A stretch of DNA of 64,000 nt from Oculina patagonica (lineage: Eukaryota), in the NCBI RefSeq assembly GCF_052425735.1, contig NC_135770.1, positions 21,328,001 through 21,392,000 on the forward strand, in the 5' to 3' direction. The translations under genes and the position numbers were made by a program. The notes beneath the pieces are model-generated. The model ran no database searches. It saw nothing but the letters and a program-made list of their open reading frames with translations, and was not told where the DNA came from. Below are positions 24,501 to 35,244 of this stretch, one piece after another (within the stretch, counting starts at the first letter, position 1; the number at the start of each line of letters is the position of its first letter).

Positions 24501-24915
24501 TCAAATTAAAGCTATCAGTAATTATCTCAAACTAAATAGGAAACTAAAAGAAGTTTTGCTAGAAGGGTATTTGAAGAAACCGTTGGGAACTACAGATGAT
24601 TAAAATTGGATAAGATTTCTGGAACTTTTACCGGCGTTTAGCATCTTAAAATATGCCTCACTTTCAGAAGGGGACAAGAATTTCTGCAACGGAAAACCCA
24701 CTGGTTTTTACGCTGACCCAAAAGACTGCAGCAGTTTTTATCACTGCGCTAACGGGATTACGTATTGGAAGCATTGCCCCGAGGGACTCTATTTTAACCC
24801 TGAAGTTAAAGTTTGTGACTGGCCCAAAAACGTGAAATGTACAGCTGTGCAAGATGCGATATCATGTCCGCATGGGAGGATCATACAGATTGCAAAGAAA
24901 AGCAAGTGTCTGTAA
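18008..24915 (+). CDS. Secreted expansin-like + CBM14 chitin-binding protein, paralogue 2, ~408 aa
   Basis: Eight exons with the same phases as paralogue 1: 18008-18073, 18378-18443, 20006-20255, 21064-21217, 22301-22521, 23405-23458, 24186-24353, 24668-24915 (1227 nt). Same expansin motifs and a longer P/T/S/G linker. CBM14: FCNGKPTGFYADPKDCSSFYHCANGITYWKHCPEGLYFNPEVKVCDWPKNVKC. Confidence 0.9.
18497..18578. repeat. (AAT)n microsatellite
   Basis: Two visible aat runs separated by an A tract. Confidence 0.9.
18790..19960 (-). mobile_element. 5'-truncated, degenerate Penelope-like retroelement (RT + GIY-YIG), in intron 2 of paralogue 2
   Basis: Minus-strand fragments GCAMGSPVSAVIAELVM, IAFLD...VYRKTTHTSKYLDFHSHSP and KGIVYKVICRTCSFAYVGESKR (GIY-YIG), separated by stops and frameshifts. 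Confidence 0.88.
20290..20554. mobile_element. Tc1/mariner/pogo-type MITE (TA TSD)
   Basis: taccgtattttctcgattaaacgcc / ggcgtttaatcgagaaaatacggta. Confidence 0.85.
21390..22106. mobile_element. pogo/Tigger-like MITE with a triplicated left end, interrupted by a LINE 3' fragment
   Basis: tacagtcgaatcccgataactcgaacc occurs three times at 55-bp spacing (21390, 21445, 21500). Right TIR ggttcgagttatcgggattcaactgta. Confidence 0.8.
21662..22059 (-). mobile_element. 5'-truncated non-LTR retrotransposon 3' end (L1/Tx1-like) with 15-bp TSD
   Basis: TSD tcggaagttcgagtt at 21647-21661 and 22060-22074. Poly(T) on the plus strand equals a poly(A) tail on the minus strand. A minus-strand remnant HNKWKPFLSSL resembles an ORF2 C-terminus. 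Confidence 0.7.
23099..23390. repeat. Two-copy ~145-bp tandem duplication just upstream of exon 6 of paralogue 2
   Basis: aatctttgaaccattcgtat...ccgagttatggcttctcgacgatgaatccaattt occurs twice. Confidence 0.85.
23833..24004. mobile_element. Short GC-rich MITE
   Basis: cagggacggcggagc / gctccgccgtcgctg inverted ends around G/C runs. Confidence 0.65.
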
Positions 24916-25598
24916 CGGAGCTCTGAAAAACGAGGACTACCTTCTGCAACAAAGCGTTTTTACTTAACTACCTTTTACCAAGACTTGTCTTCTGTGGTTG
25001 TATAAGCCACTTTACGACTCAAGGAAGCAATTAGCTCCCTAGGGGTTTTGGCAAAGAGAAGAAATGGTCATTTAGTTATACACAGTGGATATTTTTGAAT
25101 AATTTAAGGGAATAAGGGTATAGCATTACTATTAACGGGAACGTTTTCGTGAAATCTTAGAAGACGAATTTATTCCTTAATGGGGAACTTGGGAAATTAA
25201 AAAACAAAGATAAAGATAGCATGTCTCCTCTGGGAAGCCCTCAAGCAAAATAAAAAATTCAATCTTATCCCAAAGTGAAGCCCAATTTTAACACTTTCCA
25301 AAAACCTTAGGGGAAGTGGGGTGGATTTGTATTATCTACCCTACCACCCACTACCTTGTACGCCTAATGGTTACATAGAAAAAAAAATGAAAATTATAAA
25401 AAAAATTATGAGTTTGTGGTCGAACCAATGGTGTTATCAACAGTTTTAATTGTAAAGGATAACTATCCTCTTACCCACTCGCACCAACAATGAATTTCAG
25501 CACGTTCAGTTCAATCAATATTTTTAAATGATATTACTGAGTATTGCTTCAAAACTAAAATTATAGGTAATTTTGTTCGCTATGGCTATTGTTTAGAA

Positions 25599-26100
25599 TA
25601 CCGTAAATGATCTAATAAACGTTTGTAACTCTCAAATAAACGCCTCTTATCTAATAAACGCCCCCTTTTAGGTGTTAAGTTTGTATTAGACGCCCCCTCT
25701 AATAAACGCCTCGTGTCTAATAGACGTCCCCTCCAATAATCGCTTCAAAACCAAACAAACGCTCCATAGAGTAAAATCGCGCAATTTAGTTGGTTTCTTG
25801 CTCGACTCGGACATCAAGGAGGTCAACACGATGACGATAAAGACATCGATATCAAACTTTGAACGACATCTCCAGGCCTTGCATTAGCGCAGAATAGATT
25901 AGTTTCCTACTCACAAACCCGTTTTCTATCTTTAATACTCCGCGAGAAAATTACGCGTCTTATTTGTTTCGTTGACGTTGTTACAGGTAAAGTCAAATAG
26001 ACGCCTCTCTCTGATAAACGCCTCATATCTATTTAACGCCCCTCCTAGGACCCCTTTAATTTAATAGACGCCCCGGGCGTTTATTAGATATTTTATGGTA
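25599..26100. mobile_element. TA-flanked MITE with internal ataaacgcc repeats
   Basis: taccgtaaatgatctaataaacg / cgtttattagatattttatggta. Confidence 0.75.
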
Positions 26101-27061
26101 AGCAAAGATTTAACTAAAAAATACTAACGGTAAGAATAAACTTTTTTAAAAAACCGTCAAATGCAATACTGAAAATTATTATTTTAACTGAAGAATTCAC
26201 AAAGACCACACAAAATAATATAAATAAAGCTGTTATCAGAATCTTGAGGGGAAGAATATCATTGCCTAGTTACAAAGAAAAGTAATTAAGTCAATTTTTT
26301 TCGATGCAAAGCCAAAGACATACGCAATCAAGACTTGATTGCAAACATTATAATAGCAGAAAAACTTTATAGCTCTCAGAAATGATTTCAAGATTAATTA
26401 AAAGTAACACCATCAACAAGCTTTAATGGAACCACATACAATATTCGTGTATTAATTTTTAGCTTTAATTATATTTTACACGTTTTGCGCTTAGACTTTT
26501 CGTAAAGGGGATTTCTCTGTCAAAAATTTGATTTTGCTTGTTTATATTTATTGCCATCTTTTGTGCGACTTCCATACTTGCGGGTTTGCAAACCAAGATT
26601 AGTTCTGCAAGGGAGTAAGCCACGGTTGTGAATCAATTGATTTTAAGCAAAACAGAGCAAATTCAGATTGAATCATTTGACTACCCAAAGACTGCGATGA
26701 CAATGTTTTTTTAACGATTCTTATTAAAGTTTAAATTTTACGGGGAAAAAGCCCAGCTGTATTCCAGTGACTATTCGTGTTAACAAAAAATGTGACATTT
26801 TATTTGCTCTTGGGCAACTTCCCCCGTTGTTTATCGTTAATTGAAAAAAATAATAATAAATAATCCTTTCTTATGGCCATGCATATAGTGAATAGTTAAC
26901 CTGATTTATAATTAATATTTACCGACATATTGCATCACGACAATTCACATAAATATAGTTTTCATGGAACTGGGATGAGCTCCACATAATTACAAAAGAC
27001 CGCCGGTACCTTTGAAGCGATAAAATTGAATTCTTGGAGCTCTTCGTTTTACAAAAAAAAA

Positions 27062-28078
27062 ATGAACTCAGTCGAAGATCAACTGGAACAGATGTTAAAA
27101 GAGCTGAAGTCGAGAAGCAAGTTGCAAGTTGTGTTAGAGGCAGGGTTTTACGCGTTCATTTCAGCCTTCATGCTTTTTGGAAATGTTATGACTCTCTTAG
27201 TTGTCGCTTCAAACCGCCGGATGCGAACAATTCCGAACATGTTCGTCGTGTCGCTCGCTGTTTCAGACTTCTTGTTGGGAGCACTCTCGACGAGTAATAT
27301 TGGTATTATCACCTTGGCCACAAGCCAGTGGCCTTTCAGTGACACAACCTGTCAATACCAAGGATGTATAACTGTAACTCTCGCCATTGCTTCCATGCAG
27401 ACGTTAGCATTGATGGCGGTAAACAGGTATTTTCGAATCGTCAGACCGGCTAAGTACCGACGCTACTTCACTAAGAGGAGAACTATCATAATGATTTTTA
27501 TATCGTGGTCCTATTCCATGTGGGCTCCATTACCTTACTTCCTCAGCGAGCACAAGATGGTGTTTCATCCTTCTAAATTCTTCTGCTACCTTCAGTTAGA
27601 TAACGGTCCATTCATGGTGTTAGGGGCCTTTTACGTCGGTTTTCCAAACTGCCTGATTTTTTATTGCCATTTTGAAATATACAGACATGTTCGAAGCCAC
27701 AACAACAATTTCCAAGGTTCCTGGGTTGGAAATAACACCGTAAACGTGGAGGAAATTAAGGTGGCACGCACTCTGTTTGTGATTGTGGTGTGTTTTAATC
27801 TGTGCTGGACGCCCGTTTTGTTGATAGATATCGTGGACACGATTCTTGGACGCTGGACGTTTCCTCGGGAGGCGTACGTAACATACAGCTTTTTGGCCAC
27901 CATAAGCAGCGCATTGAATCCCATGATATACGGTGTGCTTAACAGAACATTTCAAAAGGAGTACGTTAAGTTTCTTCGCTGCAGCTGTTGTCGTATGCAA
28001 GCGGCTGTTAAACCATTCATAATGGAAAACGGACGAAACACTGTCAGTGTTACTGCTCATAATAACACCTCTTTGTAA
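27062..28078 (+). CDS. Intronless class A (rhodopsin-like) GPCR, melatonin-receptor-like, 338 aa
   Basis: Seven hydrophobic segments with GN (TM1), LAVSD (TM2), AVNRY (TM3, NRY variant), CWTP (TM6) and NPMIY (TM7). The first ATG at 27062 matches the paralogues' starts. Confidence 0.92.
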   Translation: MNSVEDQLEQMLKELKSRSKLQVVLEAGFYAFISAFMLFGNVMTLLVVASNRRMRTIPNMFVVSLAVSDFLLGALSTSNIGIITLATSQWPFSDTTCQYQGCITVTLAIASMQTLALMAVNRYFRIVRPAKYRRYFTKRRTIIMIFISWSYSMWAPLPYFLSEHKMVFHPSKFFCYLQLDNGPFMVLGAFYVGFPNCLIFYCHFEIYRHVRSHNNNFQGSWVGNNTVNVEEIKVARTLFVIVVCFNLCWTPVLLIDIVDTILGRWTFPREAYVTYSFLATISSALNPMIYGVLNRTFQKEYVKFLRCSCCRMQAAVKPFIMENGRNTVSVTAHNNTSL

Positions 28079-28666
28079 CAGACCTGGTGAAACCTGGTTG
28101 TTCAACAGGTTTCTAGACATTTTTCCAGGACACACAAAAATCCACCATTTTGATCAAATTCTTCACCAAAGATTAGCTCAGTCAGACTTTAACTTCTAGG
28201 ACATCTAGGACCAGAGGTCTTCTTTATTTTCAGCTCTTCTCTCAGCCGTTGCAGCCGTTACCGGCCATCAGCTCTTCTAACTCTTCTCTAGTTCTTACAT
28301 CAGAACTGGCGATTAAGTACGCTTGCATTAGGTCCACACTGCGCTGTGATTGGCCAAAGCTGTATTCTTTTGAAGTTCGCGAGAACTATAGAAATTCGGT
28401 TTCTTTGATAGTTAAAAACGGGCTTCGAATTCAAAGTTAAAAACACCTAAACAACCATCAATACGTGCTATCAATTAGTCATCAGATTTTTTCGATAAAG
28501 AGTTAAGTTTGCACATAAAGATCACTCTATGTTTGCTCATGCTCTTGAGACTTAACCTGGCCGAACACTATAAGAACCAGCCGAGCTATTCACCTCACGT
28601 GCCCGTTTATTTAGCCATTTACCTCACTGTACTTTTCACCGCAGACAGTGAGGAAAGTGCTTAGCA

Positions 28667-29820
28667 ATCAATCAATTTATTTAAGTCATGGCGCGGGACG
28701 AGGTTGCCCTCTCTATCCGAGCCGGAGGCTCATGTTAAAAGTGCATGACAATAATTAAAATAGAGTATAAAAACAATGAGAACTAATATAAGTAATTAAT
28801 AATAAAAATAATTAAAAATTTAAAAATGGCTAGATTACAATATTTTATGATTAAAAATACTAAAATGTGGAAATCCTTTAGCCCACCCATGCTAAAACTA
28901 AATGTAACACAGGAATAAAATCTTAAAGTAAAAATAAATAAATATGATAATTATGCTAAAATATATGATATACAATAATTACACTTGCAACTAGTCCTTA
29001 AGTTAAAAAAGTCAAATGTTTTCAAATTATTTTGAAAGTCTCTCAAGTTAAAAGAATGTTTGATGTAAGAAGCGAAGGGAGTTGGTTCCATATGTGCGTT
29101 AACTTGTAAGTGAAAGAGTTGTGGTAGTAGTGATTGTTGCAGGATGGTTGCACAAGATTTAATCCGCTGTTCCTACGGTTGTAATGAGAAATGCGATGTT
29201 GAAATAAGTCGGAGATGTAACTCGGTCCATTTAAAAGCAAGATGAGTGATTGATCGTACCTTTTATGTTCGAGAGATTGCATGCTTGCTATAGACAAAAT
29301 GGAATTATATTCTAGGTTATTTCCAGCATTCAGAAGGATTTTCAAAGAATAATGGTTAGCAGACTCAAGTCTATTGATTAGCGTTTTGTTAATTCCCCAA
29401 AAATGTGAGCTGCAGTATTCCAAAGAACGGCTGATATGTGGTCCTTAAAGGACAGTTTATTGTCGACGTAAACACCAAGAATCTTCAGGGAATCCTTTAT
29501 ATCAATAGGAGAATCGCCAAGATGAAAAACAGGCTTGTCAGAAAACTTTCCCAGAACATGGCTTGTGTTTTTGTTATGATTGATTGACAAGTGATTTGAA
29601 GAAAACCAAGATGAAAGTTTCTGCAGATCTTGCTTAAAAGACAGCTCTAAAGCTGCAGTGTTCGTATCTGATGCATACGTTGTCGTATCATCAGCATAAA
29701 GCCGCAGCAAAGCTTCTTGAATAACAAAATTCAGGTCATTTATGAATTTGTTGAACAATAGTGGCCCCAAAAGACTGCCTTGCGGAAACCAACCAACAGG
29801 GAATGACCACCGTATCGCGA
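28667..29820 (-). mobile_element. Degenerate 5'-truncated CR1/L2-group LINE
   Basis: RT motifs PQGSLLGPLLF, LYADDTT and LKILGVYVDNKLSF, C-terminal NSF...IWNQLP, frameshifts, and an AT-rich 3' tail near 28670. Confidence 0.85.
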
Positions 29821-30390
29821 GTGATATCATAATGACATTATACGAGTGCAAGACATTGTGAAGCATTTTTCAGCGAAACCACATTTTAATTTGAATATAC
29901 TTTACGACGAGCGTTACTAGCTCCAGTTCAAGTACAGAAATTAAAGCTCTCCATTTCCCGTACAATTATGTGCAGTTACTCTATTTTCTCATCCCTCTGA
30001 CCGGGTCATTGTTCGAAACAATGCTATTTTTAAAGCGATTCTCATAATGGTTTAAATTCAACAGGGAAAAAGGCCAGCTGTATTCCTCTAGCTATTCATG
30101 TTTTGATAAAACTGCCATTTTATTTACTTTTGGCCAACCTCCCTCCATTGTTTTTCATAAATTGAAAAGGATAGGATTTCTAAAAAATCAGATGATTAAA
30201 TAACCAGACTTATAATTAATTTTTTTTCCAAAAAATCAAAACTGCAATCTCCTCGCAAATTGACACAATATATATTGTTCTCATGACACTGAAATGCGTT
30301 CTATATAACAAAAAACCGCCGGTACCTTGAAGCGATAACATTGACTTCTGGAAGGTCTTCGTTTTACAAAAAAAAGAAAGAAAAAAAAAC

Positions 30391-31425
30391 ATGAATTCTG
30401 TTGAAGATCAGCTGGAAGGGATGTTGAAAGAACTTAAGTCGAGAAGCAAGTTACAAGTTGTGTTAGAGACAGGGTTTTACGCGTTCATTTCAGCCTTTAC
30501 TCTTGTTGGAAATGTAGTGACTCTCTTAGTTGTTGCTTCAAACCGCCGGATGCGAACAGTCCCGAACATGCTCGTGGTGTCGCTTGCTGTTTCAGACTTC
30601 TTGTTGGGAGCACTCTCCACAAGTAATATTGGTGTTATCACCTTTGCCACAAGCCAATGGCCCTTCAGCGACATGACATGTCAATACCAAGGATATATAT
30701 GTGTGACTCTTGGCGTTGCTTCCATGCAGACATTAGCTTTGATGGCGGTGAATCGGTATTTTCGAATCGTCAGACCGGCAAAGTACCGACGCTACTTCAC
30801 TAAGAAGAGAACTATCATAATGATTTTGTTGTCGTGGTTCTTTTCCATGTGGGCTACATTACCTTACTTCTTCAGTGGGCACAAGATGGTGTTTCATCCT
30901 TCCAAGTGTTTCTGCTATCTTCAGATCGATAGCGGTCTATTCACAGCTTTTCTAGTGACAGTTTACGTCGGTTTTCCAATCTGCCTGATCTTTTTTTGCT
31001 ATTTTAAAATATACAGGCATGTTCGAAGCCACAACATGAATTTCCAAGGTTCCCGGGTTGGAAATAACACCATCAACGTGGAGGAAATTAAGGTGGCACG
31101 CACTTTGTTTGTGATTGTGTTGTTCTTCAATCTGTGCTGGACGCCCGTTTTGTTGATAGATATCGTGGACACGATTCTTGGGCGCTGGTCGTTTCCTCGG
31201 GAGGCTTACATCGCATATAGCTTTTTGGCCACCATAAGCAGCGCTTTGAACCCTATGATATACGGTGTCCTTAACAGGAACTTTCAAAAGGAGTACCTGA
31301 AGTTTCTTCGCTGCAGTTGTTGCCGTTTGCAAGTGGCTGTTGAACCGTTCACCGTGCATAACGGAGGGAGCACTATTTGCACGGCTCATAATGATAGTTC
31401 TGGAAAACCAATTATCTGCCAGTGA
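30391..31425 (+). CDS. Intronless melatonin-receptor-like class A GPCR, tandem paralogue, 344 aa
   Basis: Highly similar to the 27062 ORF, with LAVSD, AVNRY, CWTP and NPMIY. The upstream region is also homologous. Confidence 0.93.
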   Translation: MNSVEDQLEGMLKELKSRSKLQVVLETGFYAFISAFTLVGNVVTLLVVASNRRMRTVPNMLVVSLAVSDFLLGALSTSNIGVITFATSQWPFSDMTCQYQGYICVTLGVASMQTLALMAVNRYFRIVRPAKYRRYFTKKRTIIMILLSWFFSMWATLPYFFSGHKMVFHPSKCFCYLQIDSGLFTAFLVTVYVGFPICLIFFCYFKIYRHVRSHNMNFQGSRVGNNTINVEEIKVARTLFVIVLFFNLCWTPVLLIDIVDTILGRWSFPREAYIAYSFLATISSALNPMIYGVLNRNFQKEYLKFLRCSCCRLQVAVEPFTVHNGGSTICTAHNDSSGKPIICQ

Positions 31426-31676
31426 AAAACAATCAATAATTTGATTTTGTATGAACGAAACGAACAATTTTCTTTGCTCCCGCTTTAGTAGTTTTAGTAA
31501 TTTTAAAAGAGCATTTTTCTCCAGCTTCCGTAAGGAAAACAGTATAAGAGTATAGGGTACGCACCGCCCGATATGTGTACCTTCTTCAGGCTGGATGTGT
31601 AAAAAGGGGAAAGGATTTTTAAGGGCCTTTCAAGAAATCTCGAACAGACGATCTTAACAGTGTTTATTCATCTGAG

Positions 31677-32254
31677 TACAGTCAAGTCTCTCTAAGACGG
31701 AAACCGTCGGGACCAGCCGCAACTGTCCGCAACGGTTCCCGCCTTATATAGAATCGAGGTATCGTGACACCAGTAATTCTGAGATAATAATTATGCTCAA
31801 CGGCTATGCACAAGGAATACATATCTGCTTGACGTCTGTTTAAAAACTGTATTCGTTTCAGAATTCGTTTGTTCGAGCAAAAGTTGAGAGCTTCTACAAA
31901 CTGTTACGCTCTAAGTAGAAAACGACCTCTTCGGTGCCCATACACCCACAAAGTTAAGCTATGAAGTAATCCGCTATATTGGACTGTTTTTGGTAAGTGT
32001 GATGTCATTAAGGGGCTAACTAACTTTGCTTTATGTTGATACAAAATTTTGAAGTATTATTCGTTAACAAAAAACACTTTTTAGTGTTAGTTGTCTGTTT
32101 TAAATTGTCCGGTGTCCGTCTTAGAGACGTGTCCGTCTTATAGGGAGTTTGGTTACAGTAAAATGACTGAAACAAGGCAGGGACCATCGCCAGCTGTCCG
32201 TCTTATGGAGGTGTCCGTCATAAAGAGGAGTCCTTTAAGAAAGAGTAGACTGTA
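31677..32254. mobile_element. pogo/Tigger-like MITE (TA TSD)
   Basis: tacagtcaagtctctctaag / aagaaagagtagactgta ends with internal tgtccgtctta repeats. Confidence 0.7.
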
Positions 32255-32559
32255 TTTTAATGGATTTCTTTGACCCTTCGCCTGGCTGATTGGGCGAGCA
32301 ATGTAAGTGGAATTTAATCGTTCGCGTTTTTGATTGGCAAAGCTTCGAACAGGTACTATTTTTTTTTTCACTATAATTTGAAGAGTAATCCTCAGTACCT
32401 CTGAAACAAATTAAACCCTTGCTTTTACAATCCAGGACTAGTTTAGTCTCCCTAACAACCGTTTCTAGTGTAGTCAACACTAAAAACGGCCGCGAGGGAT
32501 ACTAAGACTAGTTGTGCAAGGAGATAAGTTGTAAAATAGAGCAGATTCATCTGAAAAGG

Positions 32560-33223
32560 CAAAGATTGCGATGACAATGTCTATATATTATTAAAGTAGA
32601 TTTTCAGTTCATACTGCTAAGTCTTGGGGTTTGCTTTAATTTTTGTTTTGATACATAACACCTCGGTCATAGTGTACACGAGGTTTTGGAGTATGCCATT
32701 ACGGGTCGTTTCGTTCAGAAAGACTCGATCGATGGAATAACGTTTGGGTTCTTCTACTCGTCATTATTGTTTTGCTCACATATGAAACATTGCAGGCGAA
32801 GATTGCTTAGTACGGACTGGAAGTTATCTTTAAACGACTCTATTTATGGAAAAAAGACCAGCTGTATATTCTAGTGACTAAACATGTTTAAATAAACCTA
32901 CAATTTTATTTGCTTTTAGGCGACCTTCCCCCACTGTTTCTAATTTAAAAAGGAAAAGATTTCGAACCCCAATGTCAGGATGATTGAATAACCTGATTTA
33001 TAATTAATTTTAGACTACAAAACAAAACACCCACCTACTCGAGAATTGACGCAAATGTTGTTTTCATGAAACGGAGACGAGCTCTACATAACAAAGGACC
33101 GGCATCAATACCTTGAAGAGATAAAATGGACCGTCTGAAAGCTTTTCGTTTTACAAAGAAAGAAAGACATAAATTCTGCTTGAACAGATAATGTCAAAAA
33201 AAAAACTAAAGACAAGAAGCAAG
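32560..33223 (+). pseudogene. Decayed third GPCR copy (upstream region + mutated start), cut by an assembly gap
   Basis: The upstream blocks gattgcgatgacaatg, ccagctgtat, acctgatttataattaat and gttttacaaa match those before 27062 and 30391. The start-equivalent reads ataaattctgcttgaacag...gacaagaagcaag, versus atgaattctgttgaagatcag...gtcgagaagcaag in copy 2. Confidence 0.65.
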
Positions 33224-33723
33224 NNNNNNNNNNNNNNNNNNNNNNNNNNNNNNNNNNNNNNNNNNNNNNNNNNNNNNNNNNNNNNNNNNNNNNNNNNNNN
33301 NNNNNNNNNNNNNNNNNNNNNNNNNNNNNNNNNNNNNNNNNNNNNNNNNNNNNNNNNNNNNNNNNNNNNNNNNNNNNNNNNNNNNNNNNNNNNNNNNNNN
33401 NNNNNNNNNNNNNNNNNNNNNNNNNNNNNNNNNNNNNNNNNNNNNNNNNNNNNNNNNNNNNNNNNNNNNNNNNNNNNNNNNNNNNNNNNNNNNNNNNNNN
33501 NNNNNNNNNNNNNNNNNNNNNNNNNNNNNNNNNNNNNNNNNNNNNNNNNNNNNNNNNNNNNNNNNNNNNNNNNNNNNNNNNNNNNNNNNNNNNNNNNNNN
33601 NNNNNNNNNNNNNNNNNNNNNNNNNNNNNNNNNNNNNNNNNNNNNNNNNNNNNNNNNNNNNNNNNNNNNNNNNNNNNNNNNNNNNNNNNNNNNNNNNNNN
33701 NNNNNNNNNNNNNNNNNNNNNNN
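33224..33723. other. Assembly gap (500 N placeholder)
   Basis: Exactly 500 N. Confidence 1.
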
Positions 33724-35244
33724 CGCACGCGCATAAGCCAAAATTTGGACTTATTATTTTTATTTATTTATTTATTTATTTTTTTTTTTTGCGAAATCGT
33801 TTCCATTTCTTTTTCTTGCTTCTTTTCCTTTCATTTCTCTCGGCTTTGTTATTTCCACTTCTTTCTGCTCTATCCGTCCTTCCTTTAGACCAAAAAAGTT
33901 TTGATTAAAACATTGGTAAACCCTGAAAAGAGGACCTCGATCTTTTACAGGTGTTTTGGCCTGTTTAAGCACCGATTTTGCACTAAAACGTGATTGACTT
34001 TTTCTCGATTAGCTCTGTCAGGATGCGACCGATATGCAAAATGAATAGTTCTTTGAAAAGGTCAAACCTAACTCTATCAGATGCTTATCACTAAAATATG
34101 CTGACCTTCAAGTTGATGACGTCACAAGTGGTTCATTGACTGCTCCTCCAAATGTCGTGAAAAGTCGACTTAAGCAGTGAAAGAGTTAAGGCGGGTGTTG
34201 AATGTAGACCATGGGAAGTGTGGCCGATTTTTTTTAAACAGTCTTCAATTTAGAGGTTTGATGAACTGTTAACGATTTGTTGAGGATAAATACTAAATAG
34301 AATTAAGCCTAGTAAATGGTGACGAAATGAAAGTTTGGGAATAAAATTCTTACATGTAGACCTGACTTATTATCTGCTAACCAGTGTAGAGTAATTTTAG
34401 TAAAATAATTCTTCATAACCGCCAAACTACTACAGAAATTCTGTTTCTGTAGTAAATAATAAAGATGGTATTATTACCTGCGCTGCGCAGTTCTTGCTCT
34501 GCACTTACTTTTTTTTTTTCTCAGTGACCAGACTGATGCCCCCGCTCGGCCAGGCGGCTCGGGTCACGCAAGGTTTAAAAACTAGAAAACACTTACTAAT
34601 GGAAAATTTCAAATGCTTTGGTCTTTAATAAGCATGTTTAGCGTAGGATATTCGATTTTGAAGCGTTTTACTCAAAGAAAATACTAAATTTTCATGCTTT
34701 GAAAGAAATATATATTTTAGCGGGCTAAAATCTGCAAATAAATACCATTACGTCAAAGAATGCGCTGACATGACAAGTTTCACTTTCGATCGGCTAGACA
34801 TTGAGTCACGTAATGTTTTAAAGCTATTAATCAGCTACCTTTCAAATCTTTGCGTATCCTTTGGTCTTTACTTAACAAATTTATGGCGAAGTATTTCTCT
34901 TTTAAGCGTAATCTATCTTTTGGCTGTGCCATTGAAAGGGTTTTAGAGATATGAAGAAAAATTCCCTTCACAAACATGCCCTGACTTGTAACGCTTACGT
35001 CATTCGGTAGGCTAGGGAAATTCCCAATTCCATTGCGTTGTTGTCAAAGAATGTGCTAGCTGACATGACAACTCTCACTTTGACAACTTTGCGTATGCTC
35101 TGACCTTTACAAAGACTGTTAAGTGTGAATTATTCGATTTTGAAGCGTTTGACTCATGGAAAATGATTAATTTCCACGCTTTTAAAGAGAAATATAATTC
35201 AGCGGGACAGAATCTGTGAATAAATACAATTACTAAAGTAAATG

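Noticed and set aside
27620-28135. Antisense ORFs over the GPCRs and DDGS (also 30952-31467, 53040-53603)
   Set aside because: Shadow frames of real coding sequence with no independent motifs.
27062-31425. Opsins, or true MTNR1A/B orthologues
   Set aside because: TM7 (FLATISSALNPMIY) has no retinal-binding Lys. The motif is NPxxY rather than the NAxxY of vertebrate melatonin receptors, so no gene symbol is assigned.
33105-33741. Long ORFs spanning N runs (also 55206-56177, 55372-55917)
   Set aside because: Artefacts of translating assembly gaps.
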